Assembly (NCBI RefSeq): GCF_018977255.1
Contig: NW_024705600.1
Location: 1-32,346 of the forward strand
Origin: Callorhinchus milii
Lineage: Eukaryota
Length of the DNA: 32,346 nucleotides
Direction: 5' to 3'
The notes under the pieces were generated by a model. That model was given only the letters and a program-made list of their open reading frames with translations, was not told the DNA's origin and searched no databases. Shown here piece by piece: positions 1 to 9,866 of the stretch. Made by a program: the position numbers and the translations under genes. Within the stretch, counting starts at the first letter, position 1. Each line of letters begins with the position of its first letter.

Positions 1-190
1 CTAGGTCTCACCAGGCGCCTAGGTCCCACCAGACTCCTATGCCTCACCAAGCTCCTAGACCTCACCAGGCTCCTATACCTCACCAAGCTTCTAGGCCTCA
101 CGAGGCTCCAATGCCTCACCAAGCTTCTAGGGCTCACCAGGCTCATAGGCTTAACTAAGCTACAAGCCTCACCAGGCTCCTAGGCCTCGC
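1..190. repeat. Minisatellite, ~18-bp unit (consensus ~CTAGGCCTCACCAGGCTC)
   Basis: About 10 diverged tandem copies visible directly; runs off the window start. Confidence 0.85.
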
Positions 191-693
191 TCTCATGCGC
201 ACATGAGACTACAGCCACAAAAGGGCTGCCACCTGTTCTGATTGTCATCCTCCTTTTGAGGAAGCTGCCCTGGAAAATCTGTAAATCTTTGCAATTTGTG
301 TCCGTTGCATAATAATAATGTACACCGCTCATTTACATTTAGTTTTCCCCTCTTCCAGTTTTGAGAGATATTTGAATTTTTACTATGATATGTCACTGTT
401 TTTGTATCTCAGAGGTAGTAATCATAATTAGTTATTTTTTACATATTTGGTGAGAGAGGCAGTTTTATAATTTCACAACACGTTCCCTGTTGAAAAAGCA
501 ACAAATCTGTGAAAATTTTTTTGATGTCCTACACTCGATTCTGCCTGTCCGCCCTGGATGATTGCCGCGTTTTCACAGCAGAGGCGTTCAAACAGTGTGT
601 ATACTGTAACAGTGTTCTGTGGGGAGCTTCCGTTCAGTGCAGGGGTCAGGGGAACATCGGTGCTCGCTCGCTTGCTCGCTTATCCTGTGACAG

Positions 694-838
694 GTATAGC
701 CTACGCAGCGCCCTGCAGCAGCTGGGCATGGACGAGGAGCGGGACGATGAGGACCGGGAGGCCGGGGTAGGAGGCCACGTCCAGGGAGATTACCTTGCCT
801 TCATGTTCCTCCGTCACTTGCGCATACGCGAGTTGCAG
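694..838 (+). CDS. CCDC162: Internal exon of CCDC162-like gene (YSLRSALQQL...FLRHLRIRELQ)
   Basis: AG acceptor 692-693, GT donor 839-840 (gtgag), GC3-rich codons, ends in phase 0 matching the next exon. Family assigned from recalled similarity to vertebrate CCDC162/C6orf183-type proteins, not from a search. Confidence 0.7.
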
Positions 839-934
839 GTGAGAGCAAACATTCACCTGGGCCCTCATTCTGCATTTATTTATAGCGTCTTTTTGTTCTC
901 TCCCACAACAAACAATCAAGAAATTTATCTCACA

Positions 935-1157
935 CCATAATAAAGGTTTTTTTTGTTAGATCGCGGAAATGTGTCACTAAACCCGCCACCATCTGACACT
1001 AAAGCAGTTAATCACCGGTGTGCTGAAGTAGTAAGTAATTGGCATGTTCTGTTTACTTGGCAAACCTTACTAATTGGCTGTGGTGACAGGTTTAATGACA
1101 CAGGTTTAATGACACATTTATATTTAGGTGATCTAACCCAATAAACATTTATTATGG
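935..1157. mobile_element. Short non-autonomous TIR element (MITE-like), CCATAATA...TATTATGG ends
   Basis: Imperfect ~27-bp inverted ends (ccataataaagg..ttagatc / gatctaacccaataaacatttattatgg). Related ends at ~1212, ~1450-1530, ~3728, 5178-5232 and ~22342. No clear TSD. Confidence 0.55.
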
Positions 1158-1943
1158 ATAATATTGATTGTGTAATCTCACACGTCGGCTTTAATGACCA
1201 ATATTACAATTCGTAATAGATTTTTGGGTCCGATAGCGTTATGTAAAACGTGTGTCGTACACCCTCTTCCACCCAATGCAGCCACTTAATTAAGTTGTTG
1301 TCACGTGAACAAACGTGCATCATCATGATGATGCTGGTTGTGAACTACCAACGAAACGTCGTACTCAATTGTTAAATGGGTGTGGATCGCTGTCTGATAC
1401 ACCGGTGGTGCTGAAGCGGTAATAAATTGTCACGCTTATTCACGGGACTGTTATATTAATTGGCCATGTCGGTTGGAGGAGGGTTTAAAACACAATTTAC
1501 TTATCCGATCTGACACAAAAAGCACTTATAAATCAATAAAGCATTAATTTTCTCAAGATGTTTGTCCCTTCTTGATGATTAATCTGCCGATGTAACGCTT
1601 TGTCTTGGGGTCGTCCCACAGTTGAAAGGTTGTGAGATGAAATCTAAGTCAAGCGTTAATTTAGCCCATAAGCCTCTTGGGAATGATAAACTGGGTACAG
1701 CAAGTCCACAGTGCTTGTCCTATAGATAGAAGTCTCCTAAAAACTCTTTCAGAGCTGGAATAACCCCAATTAATTTACAAAGCAATTCACGATGGCGGGT
1801 TTTTTTTTTCCATTCAGTCGTTGATGAACCGGGCCGAAGCCATCGGTGTGTCTCAGTGGCCCCTGTCCGTAGCAACAACTCCCTAGGGCCACCCGGCTGT
1901 CCTTACTAAGTGTCGCGTTGTCACTCATTGTGGCGTGGTGCAG

Positions 1944-2143
1944 CACGAGTGCCTGGGCCTGCTCAACTACTTCCGCTCAGTGGAGCGCTCCGTCACCATT
2001 GACCAGGCCGGGCTGAGCTGGCAGCGTGGCTCCATGGGGAGCACCTCGGGGGGCTGGGTGGGAGCGGCACGGGGGGGGGCGCGCCCCTCCCAGGGAGGGT
2101 CGGCTCCCAGCAGCACCTCTACAACTCTCCGGCCGACTACATG
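1944..2143 (+). CDS. CCDC162: Internal exon of CCDC162-like gene (HECLGLLNYFRSVERSVTI...GSQQHLYNSPADYM), with a frameshift in the G-run at 2071-2079
   Basis: CAG acceptor 1941-1943, GT donor 2144. Length is 200 nt, one short of keeping phase 0-0; the 5' and 3' parts read as protein in different frames joined at a 9-G run. Confidence 0.65.
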
Positions 2144-2149
2144 GTACGG

Positions 2150-2420
2150 GGCGCCACGGTGGCGAGATGTTAACTCCCTCACCTGGTACGCAGGAGGTCG
2201 TGGGTTCGATCCCAACCGTGATGCCTGCTGTATATTTGGAGTTTACTTGTCTCCCCGTGTGGATTTTTTTTCCGGGCCGTACGGTTTTTCCTTCCACATT
2301 TATAATCAATATCATGCATTTCGGGTGTTTGTTTGCTACATTTCCACATGACAAGCCACTTCGGTGAGCTATTATTTGTGATAGCCAGGTCGCTTCTGAA
2401 AAAGAGCTACATAGCTCACT
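2150..2420 (+). mobile_element. tRNA-derived SINE with V-SINE-like central domain
   Basis: A-box-like TGGCGAGATG, B box GGTTCGATCCC, then tggagtttac..tctccccgtg..ccggg..cggtttttccttccaca. Second copy at 25274-25480. Confidence 0.75.
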
Positions 2421-3129
2421 GGGGTCTTACCCGGATAAATAAATTTAGCATAGCACCTGCTGCTGCCTCCTGCTGCTGCTGCCTACAATGCATGGCCTGC
2501 TCAGTTTCACACTGCCAGAGTGCTCGCTGCAGAGCAAAATCATGACTGATGAGTGCCCTATGTGGCAGTGCCTCTCTCTCTTTTGGCTCGTCTTTTCCTG
2601 CCAAAGCAACGTCTGATTCGAGTGCCACAAATCTGTGACGTCGAATAGCTAAAAAAAGCTTGCCGCAGTTTTTATGAATGTAACAAGTCGGTTGTTATTG
2701 TGAGTCACAATAAATACATAATTGCTGCATAGTTTACATGCAGGCTGGTAATTTACATTGCACTCGTAATGCATGTGTGGTGAGCAGAAAATGGCAGTGC
2801 AGAAAAGTGTTGTACTGTACTTTCACTCTCCTAAGTCTATGTTCCCGACCTTCACCAACCCACATTGTCCGGCATAGTGAAGTTTGGTCACATAACCCCT
2901 GTGAGCTGCACAGCATGGGGAGGCCCTAATCCAGTAGTGGATTGACAGAAGGGCTGTAAACGCGCAGACGCAAGATGAATTGTGGCATCGCGGGACAATG
3001 AGGGATGGCAACAACGTGGAAAGACCTCCATTCAGCACTGAATAGAATATGCCTGTTAAAGATGATGATGATGACGTGCTCTGGCTACGTTGACGGCTTT
3101 TACAAGTCTGGGTAGCTTTTACCCAAAGC

Positions 3130-3275
3130 CATGTAACGGCTCCGTGCTGGCGCCGCGGCAACGGCTTCGGGCTGAAACCGTGGCAACAGCTCCGTGTGGT
3201 GCCGCGGCAACGACTCCGTGCTGCCACCGCAGTTACAGCTCCGCAATGGTACCGTGGTAACGGCTTCGTGCGGCG
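3130..3275. repeat. Degenerate tandem repeat (~20-25 bp, AACGGCTCCGTG..GCCGCGGC)
   Basis: About 6 diverged copies immediately upstream of the 3282 acceptor. Confidence 0.65.
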
Positions 3276-3281
3276 CTGCAG

Positions 3282-3495
3282 GTGCATGAGGTGGAGTTCA
3301 TGGAACTCACGGAGCTGGAGAATCATCAAGACTTTTGCGGCGAGGAGGGCACGGGGCTGGTGCAGGTGCGCGACCCGCAGGGCGTGCTGGTCATGTACGA
3401 CGTGGCGCTGAGTGACCTGCGCCAGCTGGAGGCCGAGCTGCTGCTAGTGGCTCAGAGCTGCAGCGCCCTCGCCAGGACGGGCAACGGCACCATGG
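3282..3495 (+). CDS. CCDC162: Internal exon of CCDC162-like gene (VHEVEFMELTELENHQDF...VMYDVALSDLRQLEAELLLVA...)
   Basis: CAG acceptor 3279-3281, GT donor 3496; phase 0 start, phase 1 end matching the next exon. Confidence 0.75.
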
Positions 3496-4400
3496 GTACC
3501 GCAGCTCAGCACGACACCGGCCGCCGGTGCCCATCTCACCCGTTCTGCCAATGTGCGTCTCATCCACTCAGCTGCAGCCGCCTAATGTGATCACCCATCA
3601 TCAGTGGGATATTGTCATCATCGACCATGGTCTTTCCGCTTTTGGATTAAGGACACCCTTTGCTGTACCCATTGCTCATCGTACTGCGATGCCACAGTGG
3701 ATCTCACTTCTACACAATCTTATGTCTCCATAATAGATTTTTGCGTAAGATTGCGGAGCTGAAATATGTTGTCAACCCTCCTTTATCCGACACGAAGTTG
3801 TCACGTCAACAAACGTGCGAATTTATTACTACTTCAACACCACCGGGTTGTTGGAGAGCCAATTTTGGAAACTGCCTAATGATGCTTGTATCTACCGAGT
3901 TGATAATTGATAAGTTGATAATTGCGTGGATTGCTCTGCGACGATGTGGATGTTATCCAGTAGAGATCTCAGTTACATCCCCACTGTCGCGCTAGTGGCG
4001 TCTTGCCACAAGACGACATATCCACGCGTATGGCACACACCCGTCAAGTGTTTTGTTCCATTTAAATTCTCAATGTTCTGTTTCTGAACCTGCGAAAGAG
4101 TCTCGAGGCTCCACCTGGGTGAATAGAGGACATCGTTATTGTCTGGGTGAGACAGTGGCCGATCCATGGAACGGCGTGGGGGCGGAGATGGGGTCTATTG
4201 GTAAAATACTTTGAATGTGTCTTTAAAAATATTATTGTCGAGTTTTTTTTTACTTCAGGACTGCCAACTCCTTGAGTAGTTTTGAGGTCTGCATCTGGGG
4301 TAAGGGCAGGCGCGCGAGGCTGCACTGCATGCTGTGTTCATACGGGAGGGAAAGCGTACGTCATTGTGTGTGCGTGTGCGTGCGCGCGAGTGACTTTCAG

Positions 4401-4495
4401 GGAAGCGGGCACCACACAGAGAGGGGGCTGACAGATTCTCTCTGCTCATGGAGCTGTGGGGCTGTGAGGCCGACTTCCTGCAGGACAAGCGACAG
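4401..4495 (+). CDS. CCDC162: Internal exon of CCDC162-like gene (KRAPHREGADRFSLLMELWGCEADFLQDKRQ)
   Basis: tttcag acceptor ending 4400, GT donor 4496; 95 nt = phase 1 in, phase 0 out. Confidence 0.75.
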
Positions 4496-4789
4496 GTAGC
4501 GGCCGTGTTCGTCGCAGGGCGCGAGTCCGCCCCCCTGTCACACCGTGACCAGGGATCATTCAAGGGCCCTCGCGCGGAGCGCTGGGGCATAGCGTTTATT
4601 CGTTCATTATAATAAATATAATATATGTTCAACGTGTAACGTGTCACCATTACACAGCATACGCTCGCTCTCGTAGAGAGAGAACGACTCTAGAGGCGTG
4701 GAGAGCAACCGCAGACAAGCGGGAAGGCAATCACGTGATGAGCCAGTGCCAACAAATGCCCAAGCTCTGCGGTCGTCTGTTATATGAAG

Positions 4790-4892
4790 TTGTTATTGGT
4801 CAATTAATGAGTGTTTATACATGGGAGGAAACCAGAGAACCGGGCGAAGAACCACGTCGGCGAGGAGGAAACACTCAATTCCAGACAGACGC
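4790..4892 (-). mobile_element. V-SINE-like fragment
   Basis: tgggaggaaaccagagaaccggg..aaccacg..aaacactcaattccagacagac is the reverse complement of the V-domain core. Confidence 0.55.
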
Positions 4893-5177
4893 AACAGATG
4901 GAGCCCACAGTTTAGCTGTACTGACTTTTCTTGGCAAGCCAGAGCATGGCTCCTTCTTGACGCCCACAGGAAGGGAGTTATCACGACTTTTGTATGATCC
5001 ACCAACCCTCGCTGCCTCCACAGTGCAGCATTACAGGCCACGTACATAGCCACCACCGCTCGGCTGATAATATCGGTTCTTAAGCTCAACATAAGCAATG
5101 TATCAAATTTGCTGTATAACAACGTTTTTCAATAGTTATATCCTTTTTAACACATAGGCTTTCGCGACCAATATCAT

Positions 5178-5232
5178 CCATAATAGAGTTTTTTTGGGTT
5201 AGATCGTGATCTAACCAAAAAAACTCTTATGG
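5178..5232. repeat. Near-perfect hairpin made of two abutting TIRs of the 935-1157 MITE family
   Basis: ccataatagagtttttttgggttagatc GT gatctaaccaaaaaaactcttatgg. Confidence 0.65.
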
Positions 5233-5776
5233 TTATATCCTGTCTGAATTGGGTTCAATTCACCACTGCTGTAGTCACTAGAGGCACGACCATTCAGCAC
5301 AATGAAAAAAAATCAACAATTGAATTGAGTGGTGACACTGAGTTGAATCATGAAAATTGAATCACATTTGTCATTTCATTGAAATATTCCAACAGTGACT
5401 CTTGTTGAAATTGTTTACAGGTTCCTAGGTTTGTATTCAGCTGTGAATGTGGTCCACTGCTGATGGTTATGGCAGGGTCTGTGTGAACTGGCCTAGTTGG
5501 GGTTTTCTGATCTGTGCTGCTTTTGCGCCGGTATGTGAGAGCTGATCAAGTTTTATTGTCCGGTCAAAGGGTTTTCTAGTATTCAAGTTTCAAGTTCAAG
5601 TTTCATTTATTACGTATAGCCCTGTGAGCCATGCAGCTCTTAAAGCGACGACGCGCAACAGAAACATCAGGATAAACCAGCTAATTTTCCTAAACAAAAC
5701 AAAACCGTATTACAACGCTGTGTGCAAAAATCCCAGTGTGATGCAAGTCAAACAATAGCAACCATAAGACAATTTA

Positions 5777-6046
5777 GATTTCGATTTAAAGCTTTCGTGA
5801 CTGCAGGGAATCATCTTCTTGGTTCTTTCGGTAAAGTCACGTAGAAGGGAAGTAATAAAATAATAAAAATAAAACATAATAAAATAATTCTCACGATGTT
5901 CGGCCACAACGCAAGCAGCCGTCCTCACCTGAGGACGGCTGCTCACCTGAGGACGGCTGCGTGCGAAACGTCGTGAGAATTATTTTATTATGTTTTTTTA
6001 TTTTATTACTTCCCTTCTACGTGACTTTACAGAAAGAACCAAGAAG
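5777..6046. mobile_element. Penelope-like (PLE) truncated insertion with inverted pLTR ends and hammerhead motif
   Basis: Arms ttcttggttctttcggtaaagtcacgtag / ctacgtgactttacagaaagaaccaagaa form a long inverted repeat. 11-bp TSD AAGACAATTTA at 5766-5776 and 6047-6057. CTGAGGA..GAAAC-GTC core at 5947-5972. Confidence 0.75.
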
Positions 6047-6310
6047 AAGACAATTTATCAGGTCAACTCCGCACTTCCGCAAGAAACATGGCTTAACCAT
6101 ATGTTTTCAAAATCACCAAAATAAGCTATAAAAACAATGTAACAACAGTAATCATAGGAACTGTGATTCAATTTTAACAATAAACGATATACATAACATG
6201 TACGACCAAACTTGCAGCCATAGTATTGTGTGCGGTCATCTCAAGTGGTCCGCACACCTATGTGCGCTTGGATGTAAAGATACTCTCGGTGTTGTGTGTG
6301 TGTGTGTCAG

Positions 6311-6511
6311 CTGGTGGACTGCTACTTCCAAGCATATGAGCACTCCCTGGACGGAGAGGAGAGGGTGGCGCTGGCTCAGATCATCGCCGACACGGTCCAC
6401 CAGCGGCCACGTTTCGAGCAGAGAAGTGTCGACTTTGCTGAGACGTACCGCATGGAGAGGGCCTGCTTGCAGACCCTGCACCAGCTGCTCATGGGAGTCA
6501 TGGACAGACAG
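6311..6511 (+). CDS. CCDC162: Internal exon of CCDC162-like gene (LVDCYFQAYEHSLDGEERVALAQIIADTVHQRPRF...MDRQ)
   Basis: tgtcag acceptor ending 6310, GT donor 6512; 201 nt, phase 0-0. Last recognisable exon before the LTR array. Confidence 0.75.
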
Positions 6512-6722
6512 GTTTGACATCCCACAAGTTTCACGATTGGCTGCATTGACAAGGGCGCCAAGGGAAAAGCTTTTGTCAATTTTATTTGTCAAACAATTGT
6601 GGCAATTGCCTGATAACAATTGTTGTAACTGCCGGCGAGATGTCGAGCCTAATGGCTTTGGATTTCTGTCGGTGCTGCTGAAGCAGTAATACATCTCAAT
6701 TCACAAAACCCGGCCATCCAGT

Positions 6723-9477
6723 TGTTGTGTCTATACCCTTTTTTTATTAAGAACAATTCAAAATTTTTTTTTATATATATTTTTATTATATCTATATATT
6801 TTTTTTTTTAAATAATGGAAACAACCCACTTCTCCTCACAAGCACACCAGGAATCTATGACGATAAGAATTCGGTCACAGAGAGGTCATAGACATCCAGA
6901 TGGACAAAAAGATGAATGGACTAACCTCCCAAGACATCTGGAGATGTACAGATAGGGTGCAGAGCATAGATACAACAATTTTGCAACTCGCATTTTCCTT
7001 AAATGTTTTCCGTACCGAAAAGTAGAAACTTAACAAAAAGAGTAACCAACAAACAATAGGGGCTTTTTATTAATAATTCCCTTGTATTACTCGTATTCAC
7101 CATATATATAATTTGTATTGTATGTTTCTATCTACCTGACCAAAAAAAAAAATAATTACGAATTCCAACAGTTAAGGAAGCGTAAGTGGAAACTTAGTTG
7201 CACTTATCCTCAGGACATTAAAATAAACTCAAGAATAAATGTAACACACAGGACCACATAAATGTATTGCAAAAATCTCCTCAGCCACCTTTGTCTCCAA
7301 CGGTCCGGCAAGCAAGAAGGGAGCAGAAAGGTCACAAGGGGGGAGTTTGTGCTGACATTCGAGAACATCTGTTTTTTTTCTGTTTGTTTTCTCTCGCAAG
7401 AGACGCGGAGAGAGGAGAGGGTGCTCACGTTTTTGAGTTAAACACGGCCGTCTTTGTCTCCTCGCAGCACAAACAGATGGCCCATGAATGCTTGGAGGGT
7501 TAGGAAAGGTCGCGAGGAGGGGTCGCGGGGGTGTCTGCTTCTTCTCGCTCTGTTTGTGTTTTGTTGCCCGCTCGCAAGGAATGCGCAGAGAGGGGAGTCA
7601 CTTTTTGAGTTAAGCACAAGCGCATATAGCGAACAGGCAGTCTGTCCGAGTCGCGCTCAGCGTTGCGACTGGGCTCGCAAGGGAGCTGTGGCAGTCGTGC
7701 CTCGAGAAGAGATGGGACGACGAGACATCGTTAAAGGGAAGCCTGAGAGCAGTCTGTCCGAGGCGTGCTCAGTCTTGCAACTCGGCTTGCGACGCAGCGT
7801 TGTGACGGGGCTCGCAAGGGAGCTGGGGCGCGTCGTGCCTCGAGAAGTGATGGAACGAGGAGGGGTCGTTCGAGTCACAGAAGTCTGAGTTCAACCTGGG
7901 TCGAGGCTGGGTTTCAGCCGTGCTCCGGCTGGCGGAGCGTCGTGAGGAAACGAAACACCGATGCCGATAGCAGGTGTCGCTTCTCGCAGAACGAAGTTAA
8001 GTGCGAGTGAAGCTGGCAGCTGCACGAACAAGGGAAGCACGGAGAAGAGAGAGTGACGAGTGACGACAAGCAATCAACCTGTAAAAGGGCGGAAATCGCC
8101 GAGCGTCGACCAAGCGAGCAAAGCAGAGAGCGCGAAGCAGTGGAGAAAGCCTGGTCAAACGGCTGTGAGGAAGAGGACAGCGCCATCGAATGCGCCGTGT
8201 GTTTGAGGCACACACCGACCAACGACCAGTGAGAACAGACCAGACGTCCAGAGCGACGGCGAGCATCGTGCCGACTCAACAATCAATCGAGCAGTGGAGA
8301 AGCCGGGGGCTGCCACCAAGAGAGAGAAAGCGCCATCGAATGCGCAGTGTGTTTGATACTCAGACCGACCACCACCCAGTGAGCACAGCCGCGTCGTCCA
8401 GAGCCACAAGCCAACACAGCCTGAAGCAAGGGCGAGTGTCCGTGTGAAGTTGGCAGCGATCAAGGAGAGAGCGACAGAACAGCACGACCCGGGCGTCACC
8501 GAGCGTCGTGCCAACTCGTCATCTAGCAGTAGAGGGAGAGAGAGCGCAAGAGCAGCACGACTCGGACGTCACCGAGCGTCGTGCCGACTCGTGGAGGAGC
8601 TGCGCGCTATCCGACGACGGAATCATCGCGCACCACGTGGCGAGCGTCGTGCAAACTCAATCGAGCAGTGGAGAGAGAGAGAGCGCACAAGCAGAGACAC
8701 GCCCGAGCGAGGGAGCAGCACGGCTCGCTGCGGCCACGCCCAACCCAGAGAGAACCTCTGGCCGCTGTTTGTATCCTCCCACACCACACAAGCTAACGAC
8801 ACAACTCCCGGCTCTAAGAATTAATTAATTTACAAGGGGACAACGCACACACAGCACGCACACGAATAAGACTTTAAAAAAATTATCTTTGCGTTTCAAA
8901 AAGGGTTGCCATTTCGAGGTGGTGCGTTCAATACCAACTGATCGTGCAAAGCAGTTGCTGCCGTCGAGTTACATGAATAAGAAATGTTTTAGTCATTCAT
9001 TTTCGTTAATTGCATAATCTTGCCCATGAATTTATTGACGTATACTTGCTTTTGCATACTAGAGTGTCATGTGTTTGTTTAGAATTAAAATTGCTTAACA
9101 CCAAGTCTCGAGTGCTTCTTTCCAAGTCCATGCAAAACTGTCTTATTCTTGAGAACTGTAACCTGTGATGAGATCTGAAACTGGAGACCTAAAATAACAT
9201 AAACACACTAAGATAATCGGTAAATGTTTAATCAATGATAATCGTGTTATCCTGATTGATACAACTCTGGATAAACGAAACTAAGCCTAATTATCATAAC
9301 TGCACACATTAACATAATCGCAAGCATCCGCATAAATTACTACGATTATCTCCGTGATTATCATAATTTATGCATATAATTACACACACTAACATAATTT
9401 ATGCGATTTGCGCATTTTTCGGAAATTATTAATTTTTATTATTTTTATCAAAATTTCATAATCCAACACATATAACA
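6723..9477 (+). mobile_element. LTR 1 (2755 bp)
   Basis: TGTTGTGTCT...CATATAACA. The 5' ~1.1 kb is more diverged than in LTR2/3 and carries an extra duplicated segment at ~7420-7600. Confidence 0.85.
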
Positions 9478-9480
9478 TAA

Positions 9481-9501
9481 TGGGGTGGCGTCGTCCGGGA
9501 T
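9481..9501 (+). promoter_or_regulatory. Primer-binding site, degenerate tRNA-Pro type
   Basis: TGGGGTGGCGTCGTCCGGGAT, 3 nt after the LTR end. Its 3' 11 nt (TCGTCCGGGAT) match the canonical tRNA-Pro PBS TGGGGGCTCGTCCGGGAT. Confidence 0.7.
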
Positions 9502-9866
9502 CTCTCGCAGACAGTGTTTTGCATGGATGATGGAATGAATCACTACGTGTTAACTAGAATATCGTGATCGAACATTGCATGGTGATTGTAAACGGGCGTA
9601 AAACAAAAAAAAAACGCCCTCTGAGGTTAAAACCCAGAATAGCAGGTTGAAACAAAGACAGTGGAATTAAGATAATATCGTATCGAACCGATTGCATCCT
9701 GTGATAAATGGTGTTAGAGGTACGCACTCTGAATCGGAAAATAACAGAATAGCTCGAGTCAAACTGACTACACTCTGTGAGATAATTGTTTTATATGCAC
9801 TCTGAAAGGAAATGTCAAAGTAACTCCTGCCACACTTGAGATGCTAGGATTAAGAATAATATTTGA

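Noticed and set aside
7210..8828. Many overlapping 60-230 aa ORFs in the LTR cores (also 13438-14944 and 19559-21067)
   Set aside because: GC-rich repeat sequence, no domains, and frames not preserved among the three LTRs.
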